NCBI GenBank assembly: GCA_963810935.1
Contig: CAWEPK010000008.1
Coordinates: 480,001-544,000 of the forward strand
DNA length: 64,000 nt
Reading direction: 5' to 3'
Source of the DNA: an uncultured delta proteobacterium
GTDB taxonomy: Bacteria > Desulfobacterota > Syntrophorhabdia > Syntrophorhabdales > WCHB1-27
The notes beneath the pieces were generated by a model. That model was given only the letters and a program-made list of their open reading frames with translations, was not told where the DNA came from and made no database searches. Shown here in pieces: positions 9,435-20,150 of this stretch; positions within the stretch are counted from its first letter, which is position 1, and every line of letters starts with the position of its first letter. Both the position numbers and the translations under genes were made by a program.

Positions 9435-10571
9435 ATGGGGGTTCACGTGTCAAAACGAGTGTGTTTGGTGGCAACAACGATCGGCAGCGGAGAATTTCTT
9501 GAAGACTACAGAAAAAATGCGGAAGCGGAAGGCGTGGAGAACGATATAACCTTCATTATTATCCCCGATCTCAAGACCCCAGCAAGCCTGTTTGAAAGCT
9601 GCGAGATGCTCCGAAAAAATGGGATCAAGGTAATCTGCCCCTCGGTCGATGAACAGGACAGTTATCTATCCGGGTTGGGGAGAGTCAGAAAAACGATTCC
9701 TTACAATTCAGACAATCGACGAAATATTGGCTACCTTATGGCCTGGGAACAAAACTGTGATGTGCTAATCTCGATTGATGATGACAATTTTCCGTCGGAG
9801 TCATTTTTTCATCAGCACTTAATTACGGGGGATACCCTGAAGGCGGAGGTAATAGAAAGCTGCTCAGGATGGTATAACATATGCGATTTGCTAGAAATCG
9901 AGCCGAAGACGACTTATCCGCGGGGGTTCCCGTATGAGCACAGACACAAACAACCGGCACTTAACACTCTTTCGGAAGAAGGCCAGGTCGGAATAAACGC
10001 AGGTCTATGGACAGGGCATCCGGACATCGATGCCGTGAGTTGCCTTTATGCGCCAGCGGAGGCCAAACGTTTGGTTGGGGGACCATACCTCCTAGGAAAG
10101 AGCACGTGGTCGCCAATTAACACGCAGAATACGGCATTAATGTGGGACGCCATTCCTGCCTACTATTTTCTTCGGATGGGCTACCCCGTGATGGGAATGC
10201 CGATTGACAGAGATGGTGATATTTTCAGCGGGTATTTTGTCCAGGCATGTGCCCGCCATCTCGGTTACCGTATAAGGATTGGACTTCCGATAACCCGCCA
10301 CGTCAGAAATACACACAACTACATGAAAGACTTAAGTTTTGAACTTGCTTGCATCTGGATCCTGGAGGACATTACTGCTTGGCTTTGCAGTGTCAAACTT
10401 GAGGGAAATAGTTTCTACGAAACATATCTTTGCCTGTCCGAAAAACTTGAGGATGCGGCCGAAACTTTCTCCGGGTTTATCTGGACTGATGCTACTAGAG
10501 GTTATTTCCACTATATGGCATACTGCATGCGTGCGTGGTTGGAGGCTATTCGTGTGCTGCATGGTTCTTAA
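9435..10571 (+). CDS. RGP/GT75/STELLO-like protein, putative nucleotide-sugar pyranose-furanose mutase
   Basis: RRNIGYL, IDDDN, PRGFPY, GLWTGHPDIDA and PINTQNTA motifs. Start uncertain (9411, 9435 or 9447). Confidence 0.7.
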   Translation: MGVHVSKRVCLVATTIGSGEFLEDYRKNAEAEGVENDITFIIIPDLKTPASLFESCEMLRKNGIKVICPSVDEQDSYLSGLGRVRKTIPYNSDNRRNIGYLMAWEQNCDVLISIDDDNFPSESFFHQHLITGDTLKAEVIESCSGWYNICDLLEIEPKTTYPRGFPYEHRHKQPALNTLSEEGQVGINAGLWTGHPDIDAVSCLYAPAEAKRLVGGPYLLGKSTWSPINTQNTALMWDAIPAYYFLRMGYPVMGMPIDRDGDIFSGYFVQACARHLGYRIRIGLPITRHVRNTHNYMKDLSFELACIWILEDITAWLCSVKLEGNSFYETYLCLSEKLEDAAETFSGFIWTDATRGYFHYMAYCMRAWLEAIRVLHGS

Positions 10572-10627
10572 GACGTCTAAAAGAGATTGACTCAGAAAAA
10601 TCAGGACTGATACGCCGGTCTTCAATA

Positions 10628-12169
10628 ATGGCAAGAGAGAGTTACGGTACTATAGTAGCCCGCGGCGCCTTCTTTAACATATTGGGCTGGTTATGGCCAG
10701 CGCTCTTATACCTCGTTTCCACGCCTATTATCATCGAGAAGATTGGAGTAGAGGCTTTCGGTGTACTCAGTCTACTGACTCTCATCACCGGGTACCTAAG
10801 CCCTATTGCCGCCCCTTTTGCACAGGCAAACATAAAATACATTGCCGAATATACTGCAAAGGGGAACACGGAAAGTGCTGCAGAGACCCTTGCGCTGAGC
10901 GTATTGACCCAAGCAACAATAGGAATAGCTTTTGGCTTTGTGGTTTTCCTGTTGTCCGGGTGGCTGTGCTCGTCCGTGTTTAACATTCCTCAAAACCTGC
11001 TTTCCACTTCGCACTTCATGTTTCGGATGTCGGGTGTTTTATTGCCTATTATAGCAATATCCGGGGCATTCGGTAGTGCCCTTCAAGGGACGTATAGATT
11101 TGACACGTTCAATCTAGTGAATGGAGGTCTTGCGACCGCCAGCGCAGCATTCTCGATAGGCATCGTGTGGTTGGGGTTTGCGCTTAAAGAGTTGGTGCTT
11201 GTCCAAGCCGGCGTAACTATAACCGGCATGTTTGCGTTTGCCTTTTGTTCAAGATTTTCGATTCTGAACAAGAAGTTCTTCCGCAGCGCTAATTTTTCCT
11301 TATTGTCACCTATGCTTAGTTTTAGCTCATGGGTGTTTATTAACCAGTCCATTTCGCTCCTCACTTTTCAACTGGGAAAAACGGCGGTCGGAATAACGCT
11401 GGACGCAAGAGAGTTGGCTTATTACACTATAGCCAACAACTTCGCTATCTATCTGCAATCGTTCGCGGCCAGATTATCTACGGTGTTCTTTCCCCTGAGC
11501 GCCGAATTATTTTCCGACGGCTCGTTTTCGAAGCTGAAGCTTATGTACGAAAGAGCCCAGCGGATAGTATTGTTTGTTGTAGGGGCCGCGGCTGTCATCT
11601 ACATCGGATTCGGCCGAATCGGGTTCCACTACTGGCTAGGGGCTGATTTTGAAGCCAACTCTTATCCGCTATTGTGCTGCCTGACGGGCTGGGGTTTGTT
11701 ACATGCTTTGGGCGCAATCCCTTACAATATAGTTAATGGGAGCGGGAAGCCTCGTATAAATGCCTTATTTGCTATATGGTTTGGCGCGGGCAATCTTCTT
11801 CTTATTTTACTGTTCTCCCGATGGGGCTCCGTAGGTATCGCGCTTGCGTCTCTCATAGCCGCTTTGATAATCGTCCCTATTTACATCTATTATATAGAGC
11901 ATCGGATCATGAAAATCAGTAAATCGAATTTACTACGGCACGCGATCATGCCCTTTATTATTTCCTCCGCGGTTGCTGTATTGGTTGGTCGGATTCTAAT
12001 CGTTTGGGTAACCGGCATTCATGGCCAACTGGCTGCTCTTTCTGCGGCTCTCGTAGCCTATGCATTGGCAAGCGCCTTGACCGGTCTTTTTCCGTTATCG
12101 GATTTAAAGTTTGTACTTGAGAAAGCCAGGACGCTCTTCAACATGTTCCACAGGAGGACATATCCTTGA
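10628..12169 (+). CDS. wzx: Oligosaccharide flippase (Wzx family)
   Basis: About 12-14 hydrophobic segments with a typical Wzx N-terminus; located in a polysaccharide locus. Confidence 0.85.
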   Translation: MARESYGTIVARGAFFNILGWLWPALLYLVSTPIIIEKIGVEAFGVLSLLTLITGYLSPIAAPFAQANIKYIAEYTAKGNTESAAETLALSVLTQATIGIAFGFVVFLLSGWLCSSVFNIPQNLLSTSHFMFRMSGVLLPIIAISGAFGSALQGTYRFDTFNLVNGGLATASAAFSIGIVWLGFALKELVLVQAGVTITGMFAFAFCSRFSILNKKFFRSANFSLLSPMLSFSSWVFINQSISLLTFQLGKTAVGITLDARELAYYTIANNFAIYLQSFAARLSTVFFPLSAELFSDGSFSKLKLMYERAQRIVLFVVGAAAVIYIGFGRIGFHYWLGADFEANSYPLLCCLTGWGLLHALGAIPYNIVNGSGKPRINALFAIWFGAGNLLLILLFSRWGSVGIALASLIAALIIVPIYIYYIEHRIMKISKSNLLRHAIMPFIISSAVAVLVGRILIVWVTGIHGQLAALSAALVAYALASALTGLFPLSDLKFVLEKARTLFNMFHRRTYP

Positions 12170-13089
12170 GTAAACAAATCGCGGTCAAAGCACTAAAGAA
12201 AGGAAGAGGCTTACTACTCCGGCCGTTTCTCAGACTTGCTGAACCGGCCAAGATAATAAGGAATTGGCAAGAGGGAGACAAGTGGGCGGACCAGAACAAA
12301 GATTTACTGAATAGTGGGCATAAACCGCTGATTAGCATAATAGTGCCGACGTACAAACGAATTGGACCCTTAGTAGACTGCATCGCGAGCATCAGGCGCC
12401 ATACTACGGATTACGAGATTATAGTTGTCAATAGCGGGAGTGGCCGCCTTGGCGACCAATGGCTCATAAAACAAAGGCAGGCCGGCGATGTCATTTTGAT
12501 CTTCGATAATGGCCGGCGGTTCGGCCGGCGTGTGATGTCTCAATCGTATTTCTATAATCTCGGATATCAAATGGCTAACGGGAAATATGTCGTGCATTTT
12601 GCGGATGATTGTCAAGCGTTGCCAGGATGGACAACGGACGTTATTTCGAAGTTAGACTCGGACCCCGACATCGGTCTCGCACTGTTCTTAGGTCAGCCAC
12701 ACGAATATGGAAAATTCCAGAACACTGTTTATACAGGAAAGGATGATACGTACTACCCCGTTGCTCATTGGTTCTGCGCACGTAAGACGGATTTGGCCTC
12801 AATTGGTTTTATGGATGAGGATTACAGCTATTATTATAATGATCTCGATCTGACCGTGCGGGTTATGCAACGGCTGAGAAAGAGAGTAAAATGCTCCACA
12901 AAAAGTAAGATACTCCATATTGACAAAGCCCTTACGTACAGAACACGACAGCCCGTCAATAGAGACCTAGAAAGATTCAATACGCTCTGGAAACATACAG
13001 TAGGTTTCGGAGCAGACGACAAACTCGCCAGCCATCTCCTCTCAGAGGAACAAACCGAAGATTGGATCAGAACCGGGAAGCTGCTCTAA
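12166..13089 (+). CDS. Glycosyltransferase family 2
   Basis: ISIIVPTYKR, EIIVVNSGS, FADD, and GFMDEDY..YYNDLDL motifs. Confidence 0.85.
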   Translation: MSKQIAVKALKKGRGLLLRPFLRLAEPAKIIRNWQEGDKWADQNKDLLNSGHKPLISIIVPTYKRIGPLVDCIASIRRHTTDYEIIVVNSGSGRLGDQWLIKQRQAGDVILIFDNGRRFGRRVMSQSYFYNLGYQMANGKYVVHFADDCQALPGWTTDVISKLDSDPDIGLALFLGQPHEYGKFQNTVYTGKDDTYYPVAHWFCARKTDLASIGFMDEDYSYYYNDLDLTVRVMQRLRKRVKCSTKSKILHIDKALTYRTRQPVNRDLERFNTLWKHTVGFGADDKLASHLLSEEQTEDWIRTGKLL

Positions 13090-13130
13090 AGAGATTATCT
13101 GTGTCTACCACTCCGAAACGGTGAACGGTT

Positions 13131-14391
13131 TTGCGCTCGATACAGAGAGGTGCGTTGTTTCCGAAGCTGGCCCGCCCTGAATGTCTCTTTCTTTTTGGCA
13201 CGATTCAGGCGCTATTCCCATACGTAACGTGGACTTTGTATGGGCTTAATGAAATGTACGATTATAGTTTGACGTATCTCCCTATAGCAATATGGGCGGG
13301 CGGATATTTGAGCTTCGTAGCGGGCGCGAGAATAATGGCGGTGCGCGTACCAAGGGCCGATAGCCGCTCTTCGCGACCCCTCAAAGTAAATGCGGCGTTC
13401 CTTGAAATGGCGATGGCGGTCGTTGCCATTGCCCTATGCGTTCAGCTATGGCTCGCCGTCCGCCTGTTTGGCACAATTCCTTTGCTGGCGTTTATATCAA
13501 ATTCTATGGACGTCATTGATGTAAACGACATGCAGGAGTCGAGCATGTTCGGCCAACTGGGTATGCTGCAGGCTGAGTCTTTGTTTTCTAACCGGTTTAT
13601 TCCTTCTCTACATTATGAGAAGCGTTGAATCCAATCGTAAGATTCGACTGAGCATCTGCCTTCCTGTGGCCGGGATTGCCCTACTATGTCATCTATTTAC
13701 GGGCAAGAGGCAATCACTCCTTATGTCAATGTTCTTTATATTTGTCGGCCTATCAATTTATTATCGGCGTGATCCTGTTGAAAGGATACTTAAGGCAATC
13801 AACCCAAGTGGCCGATTGAGAGTGATTGCGCCTTTCTGTTACCTGATCTGTATCGCAGCCGTGTCCATGATGTTTTCGGTTTTATACTTTATTAGGGTGG
13901 GCGGGGCAGCCTCTTACGACTTGTTACATGACGTGTTGTTCTATCTAGAGTTGCCTTTGATTAATTTAGAGACTCAATGCGCCTTGGTTGGATTAGGGCC
14001 GTATGAATATAGTATAGATCGAATCTTTCAGTCTCTTCTTCCTTACAAAGTAATGGCACCCGATCTATATTCAAGTATTCCCCGGTTAGAATCGACGATT
14101 GGTGCTGGATTCTTTGGCATGCTGCATTGGTACAGCGGACCGGCAGGTATTGTCATCGCTAGTTTCTGCTTCGGCCTTGTGTCTCAATTTTTTTACGCTA
14201 GAGCACAAAAGAGTGTTTTCTTTTTACTATCGTACTGTCAAATTTCATGGGCCTTACTTGTGGCACATAGTCATAATCACTTCTTAAATCTGGTGTTTGT
14301 ACCTGCACCTCTGGCGGCATTTTTCCTCTTATCGCTTGTTATACGGTTCTCGCCCTATTTCGGTGTAAGTCCGGTTGGCCGGAGAGCATGA
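13131..14391 (+). pseudogene. O-antigen polymerase (Wzy-like) with one frameshift near 13571
   Basis: Two consecutive hydrophobic ORFs. Removing one G at 13571-13572 joins them into a ~419-aa polytopic protein. May be an assembly indel. Confidence 0.65.
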
Positions 14392-15101
14392 AGATATTAC
14401 TCGACAAGTATTTCAGACCGAATCTCTATAACCGTGAACGATGGGTTGCAGAAAAACTGGAGGCTATACCGGCAGGCAGTTTGATCCTTGACGTCGGTTG
14501 CGGCGGGCAACCCTATAGGAAATACTGTTCGCACCTAATATATAAAGCTCACGATTTCGGAGAATTGGATGCCTCGAAACAGATCGTCGGAGGGCGATAC
14601 GGGCATATAGATTATCGATCCGATATCTGCGCTATTCCCGAGAAAGATGGTGCATTTGATGCCGTACTTTGCACTGAAGTAATTGAGCACGTGCCAGAGC
14701 CTATCAAGGCAATCAAGGAGTTCGCCAGGCTACTGAAGGGACAAGGCATCCTGATCCTGACCGTTCCTCTTGGCTCGTTCGTTCACCAAGCTCCGTACCA
14801 TTTCTACGGCGGCTTTAGTGAGTACTGGATCACAAGATTTTTGCCAGAATCGGGCTTCCGAAATATCACTGTTGAAACTAATGGTAATTTCTTCCTATAT
14901 CTCGGGCAGGAATGCCAAAGAGTATGCCGAATTTTATTCAGCCCTAAGACGGCGGCTAAAAGAGTGTTGATGCTGCCGGTTGAGATAATGCTGAAATCCG
15001 TTCTTACCCTCACGATTCCGCTGCTTTGTTACCATATTGACAAGTACGTAAAAACACCCTATTTCACGATAGGTTACCACGTAACGGCCAGGAAAGAATG
15101 A
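14388..15101 (+). CDS. Class I SAM-dependent methyltransferase
   Basis: ILDVGCG, FDAVLCTEVIEHV and LILTVP motifs. Confidence 0.88.
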   Translation: MKILLDKYFRPNLYNRERWVAEKLEAIPAGSLILDVGCGGQPYRKYCSHLIYKAHDFGELDASKQIVGGRYGHIDYRSDICAIPEKDGAFDAVLCTEVIEHVPEPIKAIKEFARLLKGQGILILTVPLGSFVHQAPYHFYGGFSEYWITRFLPESGFRNITVETNGNFFLYLGQECQRVCRILFSPKTAAKRVLMLPVEIMLKSVLTLTIPLLCYHIDKYVKTPYFTIGYHVTARKE

Positions 15102-16141
15102 TGGACATTCTTCGAATAGCAAACGCCGCAAGGGATAGGGCCGGGGCGCAATTGAACAAATTTTGGCCACCCCGGTCTCAAGTCTTTCGCGGACAAAACA
15201 AGACCGGCTTTGTGATCGCATTGGTGGCCCGCCGTTGGGAATATGGCTCTCGCTTGACTGGGGACGGATTCGAATATAGAAGGTTTCTTCCTGCGCTCTG
15301 TAGTCTAGCAAGTGAGGTGCATTTCATCCCCACAGAAGCACGAGGCGCAATTACGTCGTCTTTAAGAAATATCGCTGATCGCGTTATATCGCAGCATAAA
15401 CCGGTGATCGCGATTTCGGTTTTTCAAACCCAGACAGACATACCGGACGACTACTTTAAGCTTGCCGGTAATCAATTCTTTCTCGCTAATTGGTATACGG
15501 ACGACGACATGTATTTCCAATCATTTTCGAGTAAAGTTGCAGCCAATTTTCAGTTAAACGTCACTACTTACGAACCCAATGTGGAAAGATATCACACCAT
15601 GGGTTGGCCAGCTTTACTGTCTCAATGGGGTGGTATCTCGGGCCTCACATTCTTGAATAGACGTAAATATCTGGCCTGTTTTATCGGTCGCATGTACGGA
15701 GGCCGCAAGACACTCGCGCGCAGATTGAAACGCACGCTGGGAGAGGACGTTTTTATTCATGATACACGCCTCTGGCCGCTCAACGAAGGAACGATGCTCT
15801 CCGTCTATCAGAATTCATGGATAGCCATCGACGAGCCCATGGCCTACGATGGGATCACCATGCAAATAAAGGCCAGAATTTTTGAGAATCCGTCTATGGG
15901 ATGTGTTGTGCTGACCAGAGAAACGCCCCGGCTATCTCCGTATTTTAACGCAGGCAAGGAAATCTTGTTCTACAGCGATATCGATCATCTATTAAATATA
16001 GTGAAAAATTGTAGACTGAATACCAAAGATTACAAAGAAATGGCGTACCGGGCCTACGATAGGGTTACGAAAGAGCATCTCTACGTACATAGGTTTGCAC
16101 GTATATTGCAATCCATAGAAAGAATAATAGGGGCATCTTAA
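15098..16141 (+). CDS. CgeB/YkvP-like glycosyltransferase
   Basis: C-terminal IKARIFE..MG..VLT...YF..GKEILFY...EHLYVHRF signature. Confidence 0.75.
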   Translation: MMDILRIANAARDRAGAQLNKFWPPRSQVFRGQNKTGFVIALVARRWEYGSRLTGDGFEYRRFLPALCSLASEVHFIPTEARGAITSSLRNIADRVISQHKPVIAISVFQTQTDIPDDYFKLAGNQFFLANWYTDDDMYFQSFSSKVAANFQLNVTTYEPNVERYHTMGWPALLSQWGGISGLTFLNRRKYLACFIGRMYGGRKTLARRLKRTLGEDVFIHDTRLWPLNEGTMLSVYQNSWIAIDEPMAYDGITMQIKARIFENPSMGCVVLTRETPRLSPYFNAGKEILFYSDIDHLLNIVKNCRLNTKDYKEMAYRAYDRVTKEHLYVHRFARILQSIERIIGAS

Positions 16142-16906
16142 ATGTCACACAGACTATCGGTCCTCATGTGCGCATGTAATTCGGAACTTTTCATAGCAGG
16201 CGCGATTGATAGCATTTTGGCTCAGACCTATGGCGACTTTGAATTCATTATCGTGGAAAACGGATCAACTGATAAGACATGGGATATTATAACGTCATAT
16301 GCTGATACCCGAATTAAGGCATTCAAATCGGATCTAAAACAGCTCCCTTACAATTTGAATTTCGGTTTGCTGCAAACCAACGCCGAATACGTGGCAAGAA
16401 TGGATGCCGATGATATCGCTCAGCCTATACGGTTTGAAAAACAGCTTGCCTATTTAACACAAAATCCGACAGTGTCAGTGTTAGGCACTGGGTTTCGCAC
16501 ATTTGGCGATGGCATTACTGGCCGTTCCTTCATCTTGCCGGTGGATGATGAAACCATAAGGCGTAGACTGAAATACTCTTTTTTTTCAATATGTCACCCT
16601 TCAGTTATTTACAAGCGAGACGTCGTTCTGCGCAACAGGGGCTATCAGCATGTGCGTATGTGTGAGGATTTTGATTTATGGCTGAGGCTACTTCGTGACG
16701 AAGCGGTTAGGTTTGCGAATCTGCCAGAGATATTGTTGAACTATAGAGTACACGCTGATCAAGCCCGGAATGATAGGACCGGTTACTACATGGTGGCTAG
16801 TGTCCTTTTTAAGGAAGCCCTTATTCACAAAGACCTAAAATGCTTTGCAGGTATTTTCTTTGCGCTAGCTAAATCGATCAAGAGGCGAACGTTTGGTTTC
16901 TTATGA
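16142..16906 (+). CDS. Glycosyltransferase family 2
   Basis: FEFIIVENGSTD, ARMDADD, HPSV and EDFDLWLR motifs. Confidence 0.9.
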   Translation: MSHRLSVLMCACNSELFIAGAIDSILAQTYGDFEFIIVENGSTDKTWDIITSYADTRIKAFKSDLKQLPYNLNFGLLQTNAEYVARMDADDIAQPIRFEKQLAYLTQNPTVSVLGTGFRTFGDGITGRSFILPVDDETIRRRLKYSFFSICHPSVIYKRDVVLRNRGYQHVRMCEDFDLWLRLLRDEAVRFANLPEILLNYRVHADQARNDRTGYYMVASVLFKEALIHKDLKCFAGIFFALAKSIKRRTFGFL

Positions 16907-18033
16907 TCGTCCATCTCATGCACCATCCTATTAGTGCCAAACGGTTCGTTGAACCGCTTGTCAATTCATTGATAAACGCCGGAATCGAGGCCGAATTATG
17001 GGTAGAGCATAGAGAGGCCTTATCACACTTTGTCGCCGCTATTAGCTGCCCGAAGTCTCCGGCTTCTTTTGACCTATCAATTAATCCACTTAGGAACCTA
17101 ACTAGGCTATTTCGCTTATTACGGCGCATGTACACCAAGAGACCGACGGCTGTCTGTGCGCATCAAACACGCGGGGCTCTCTTACCGTTGGCAGCATCTA
17201 AAATGGCGGGCGTGAGAACCCGCATATACCACAATCACGGCACTCCTTATATCGGTTATTCCGGTACGCTAAGATTACTACTTTGGCTCGTTGATCGCCT
17301 AAACTGCATGCTCGCATCCCATGTTACGACCGTAAGCTTCCCGTTGCGAGAAAGAATGATAGCCAGTCATCTAGTCTCCGAGACTAAGTGTCATGTAATA
17401 GGTAAGGGCTCTGCGTGTGGAATAGACCTAACTGAATACAATGGATTAGGTCCACAGAACGCCGATTATGAACGTTTCAGGGAAGACTTGGGGATACCCT
17501 CCAATGAATACGTTGTGACATACGTCGGTCGTCCGGTGAGAAGAAAGGGGTTCTCAATGCTGCTTGACGCATGGAAAGGTAGCCAGCTGAATACACCAGG
17601 CAACCGATTACTTTTGATTGGGTGCACACCGGCAGATGTTGGTCGAGTGCTTGGTAAACTTCCTTCAACTGTGACGGCGGTGGGTTTTGTTGTCAATATT
17701 TCTTTGTACTATGCGGTATCCGATGTCGTAGTCTTGCCAAGCGAACATGAAGGATTCCCGTATGCCATTCTCGAGGCGGCAGCGGCGGGTAAGCCAAGCG
17801 TAGCAAGTAATATACCGGGTGTGTCGGACTTTATTAAGAATGAAATCAATGGACTACTATTCGATGCGCAGGATGTGGGTGCGCTTACGAGGGCTCTTAT
17901 CCGACTAAAGTCTGACGGGGAGTTAAGACGGAGACTGGGAATCGCGGGGCGACAGGTTGTAGATGAGTTCTATGACAGAGATGTATTTTTAAAAGACTAC
18001 GTGTCCTTCATTGAGAAAGTCGTTTTTACATAA
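16903..18033 (+). CDS. Glycosyltransferase family 4
   Basis: VGRPVRRKG and PSEHEGFPYAILEAAAAGKP (EX7E) motifs. Confidence 0.9.
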   Translation: MIVHLMHHPISAKRFVEPLVNSLINAGIEAELWVEHREALSHFVAAISCPKSPASFDLSINPLRNLTRLFRLLRRMYTKRPTAVCAHQTRGALLPLAASKMAGVRTRIYHNHGTPYIGYSGTLRLLLWLVDRLNCMLASHVTTVSFPLRERMIASHLVSETKCHVIGKGSACGIDLTEYNGLGPQNADYERFREDLGIPSNEYVVTYVGRPVRRKGFSMLLDAWKGSQLNTPGNRLLLIGCTPADVGRVLGKLPSTVTAVGFVVNISLYYAVSDVVVLPSEHEGFPYAILEAAAAGKPSVASNIPGVSDFIKNEINGLLFDAQDVGALTRALIRLKSDGELRRRLGIAGRQVVDEFYDRDVFLKDYVSFIEKVVFT

Positions 18034-18155
18034 ACTGGGCCAACCAGACTCAGACGGACGCGGACATGAAATCGCCATTACCGGCAAGCGGCTATATGGG
18101 AAGCATTACGGCCCAAAGGATATTGACTGCCTGAAAGCAGGCGATCGGCAAACTC

Positions 18156-18701
18156 ATGACCCGAATATTGACAATCTTTTTTGCGCTTTGCGTGTGTCTC
18201 GCCGGTCTCATTGGCGCGGCGAGCGCGGCGGATAACGAGACCAGCCGGCAGACGCTTGCGGGCCTGGGGGGCGTTTATGTTGTCGTCGAGGACTTGCAGC
18301 CGAACATTGTAAAGCTGTCCGATAGGTTCGGCTTCGGCAAAGACCAGATGCGGAAAGATGTGGAAGCGACGCTACGGGCAGCGGGGATAAGGCCGCTCGG
18401 CCGTGAGGAATGGCTTGCGACACCAGGGCGCCCTATCCTCTATGTAGCTCTGAACACCGATCAACAGGGGCGGTACCAGTGGGCATACAACATAAAGATA
18501 GAGGTCCAGCAGATTGCATCACTCGAAGTCAACCCCGCTAAAAAAGCGATGGTAGCCACGTGGTCGACCAATATGACGGGCGTCGTTGACCTCGGCGGCC
18601 TAAAAGGCCTGGGCGGGCAGGTGAAGGTATTGACGAACGTGTTCGTAAAAGCCTTCCTTTCCGCAAACTCCCCCGCAGCGCGGCCCGCGCCGGCACGATA
18701 A
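18156..18701 (+). CDS. Hypothetical exported protein
   Basis: Clean ORF with an N-terminal signal peptide (..GAASA), co-oriented in the locus. Confidence 0.7.
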   Translation: MTRILTIFFALCVCLAGLIGAASAADNETSRQTLAGLGGVYVVVEDLQPNIVKLSDRFGFGKDQMRKDVEATLRAAGIRPLGREEWLATPGRPILYVALNTDQQGRYQWAYNIKIEVQQIASLEVNPAKKAMVATWSTNMTGVVDLGGLKGLGGQVKVLTNVFVKAFLSANSPAARPAPAR

Positions 18702-18738
18702 CCCCCCTACCCCGCGCAATAGCATAACCTCAAAGCGC

Positions 18739-20121
18739 ATGCTGATAGGCCACATACCCAAGAAGAAGCTGTTTCTCGCGGCAGGCGACGTCGTCTTGCT
18801 TTCACTCGCCTATTTCCTGTCCCCGATCATACGGTTCGGCGTCTTCATTTTCGCCCCGTGGGACGGCATAGGTGAGTGGCTGGCCGTGCTCGTCCTGTAC
18901 CTTTTCTCCTTTTACATTTTCGACCTCTACGATACGGACCCGAGGCTGTCGAAGGCGACGGTGCTTGCCCGGTCGATAAGCGGGGTGCTCGCCGCTTCCG
19001 GCTTTTATATAATCGCGTCATTCTTGGTGAGAGACCTAGCGACGGGCCGGGGGCTCTTCGGGATCACGGCCGTATCGGCGGCTTTTTTCACTTATTTCTG
19101 GAGGATCTTCGTGCGCCGGTTCCTCCGCTACTATTATGCGCGCGGGGAAAGGAACCTTTTGATCGTGGGCGCGGGGCCGGCAGGCGTGGCCCTGTACGAG
19201 GCGCTCGGGGATTCGCCGTACAAGGTAGTCGGCTTCATAGACGACGACCCGGCATTGCTGGGTGTGTCGCATTCCCCGAAGGTCCTGGGCGCCAGCGACG
19301 CCCTCTGCGATCTTGTTGCCGACCGTCAGGCGGACGAGATCGCCGTTGCCGTGACGCACCTGGAAAGCGTCGAAAAGAGCGCGCTCTTGAGAGGGCTGGT
19401 AAGGTGCAAAATGCAGGGCGTGAGAATTCATACGATGTCCGCTCTTTATGAAATGGTGACCGGCAAGATACCCGTCACGCACATAAGCGACATCTGGTTC
19501 GTCAATACGGCCATGTCGGGCACAAGAAAGGGCATATACAACCCGAAGCTGAAAAGGCTGCTCGATATCGGCTTTTCCCTGGCCGGCCTCCTGTGCGGGC
19601 TTCCGTTCCTTTTGCCCCTCTGCATCGCGATCAAGCTCGATTCTAAGGGACCGGTTTTCTACAGGCAAAAACGGACGGGCGCCGACGACACAGTCTTCAA
19701 TCTGCTTAAGTTCCGCTCCATGATAGCGGACGCAGAGCAGAACGGCGCGGTCTGGGCACAGAAGCAAGACCCGAGGGTAACGAGGGTCGGAAGGGTAATG
19801 AGAAAGCTAAGGATAGACGAAGTCCCGCAAATTTATAACGTATTAAAGGGGGACCTGAGTTTCATCGGCCCCAGGCCGGAAAGGCCCGAATTCGTGGAAA
19901 TGCTCGAGAAGAAAATACCTTATTACGGCCTAAGGCACAGCGTAAAGCCGGGCATCACCGGCTGGGCCCAGGTGAACTACCCATATGGTGCGTCCGAGGA
20001 GGATGCACTGGAGAAATTGAAGTACGACCTCTATTACATCAAGAACCTGTCCGCTTTCCTGGACTTCCACATACTCTTGAGGACGCTGAGGGTGGTCCTG
20101 TTCCGGAAAGGGGCCCGGTAA
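18739..20121 (+). CDS. Priming undecaprenyl-phosphate sugar transferase (WcaJ/WbaP-like)
   Basis: N-terminal TM helices, Rossmann-like domain, and KFRSM, DPRVTRVG, RIDEVPQ, GPRPERP and KPGITGWAQV motifs. Confidence 0.93.
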   Translation: MLIGHIPKKKLFLAAGDVVLLSLAYFLSPIIRFGVFIFAPWDGIGEWLAVLVLYLFSFYIFDLYDTDPRLSKATVLARSISGVLAASGFYIIASFLVRDLATGRGLFGITAVSAAFFTYFWRIFVRRFLRYYYARGERNLLIVGAGPAGVALYEALGDSPYKVVGFIDDDPALLGVSHSPKVLGASDALCDLVADRQADEIAVAVTHLESVEKSALLRGLVRCKMQGVRIHTMSALYEMVTGKIPVTHISDIWFVNTAMSGTRKGIYNPKLKRLLDIGFSLAGLLCGLPFLLPLCIAIKLDSKGPVFYRQKRTGADDTVFNLLKFRSMIADAEQNGAVWAQKQDPRVTRVGRVMRKLRIDEVPQIYNVLKGDLSFIGPRPERPEFVEMLEKKIPYYGLRHSVKPGITGWAQVNYPYGASEEDALEKLKYDLYYIKNLSAFLDFHILLRTLRVVLFRKGAR

Positions 20122-20150
20122 AAACTGGCAATGTAAGGACAGGAGAGGAG

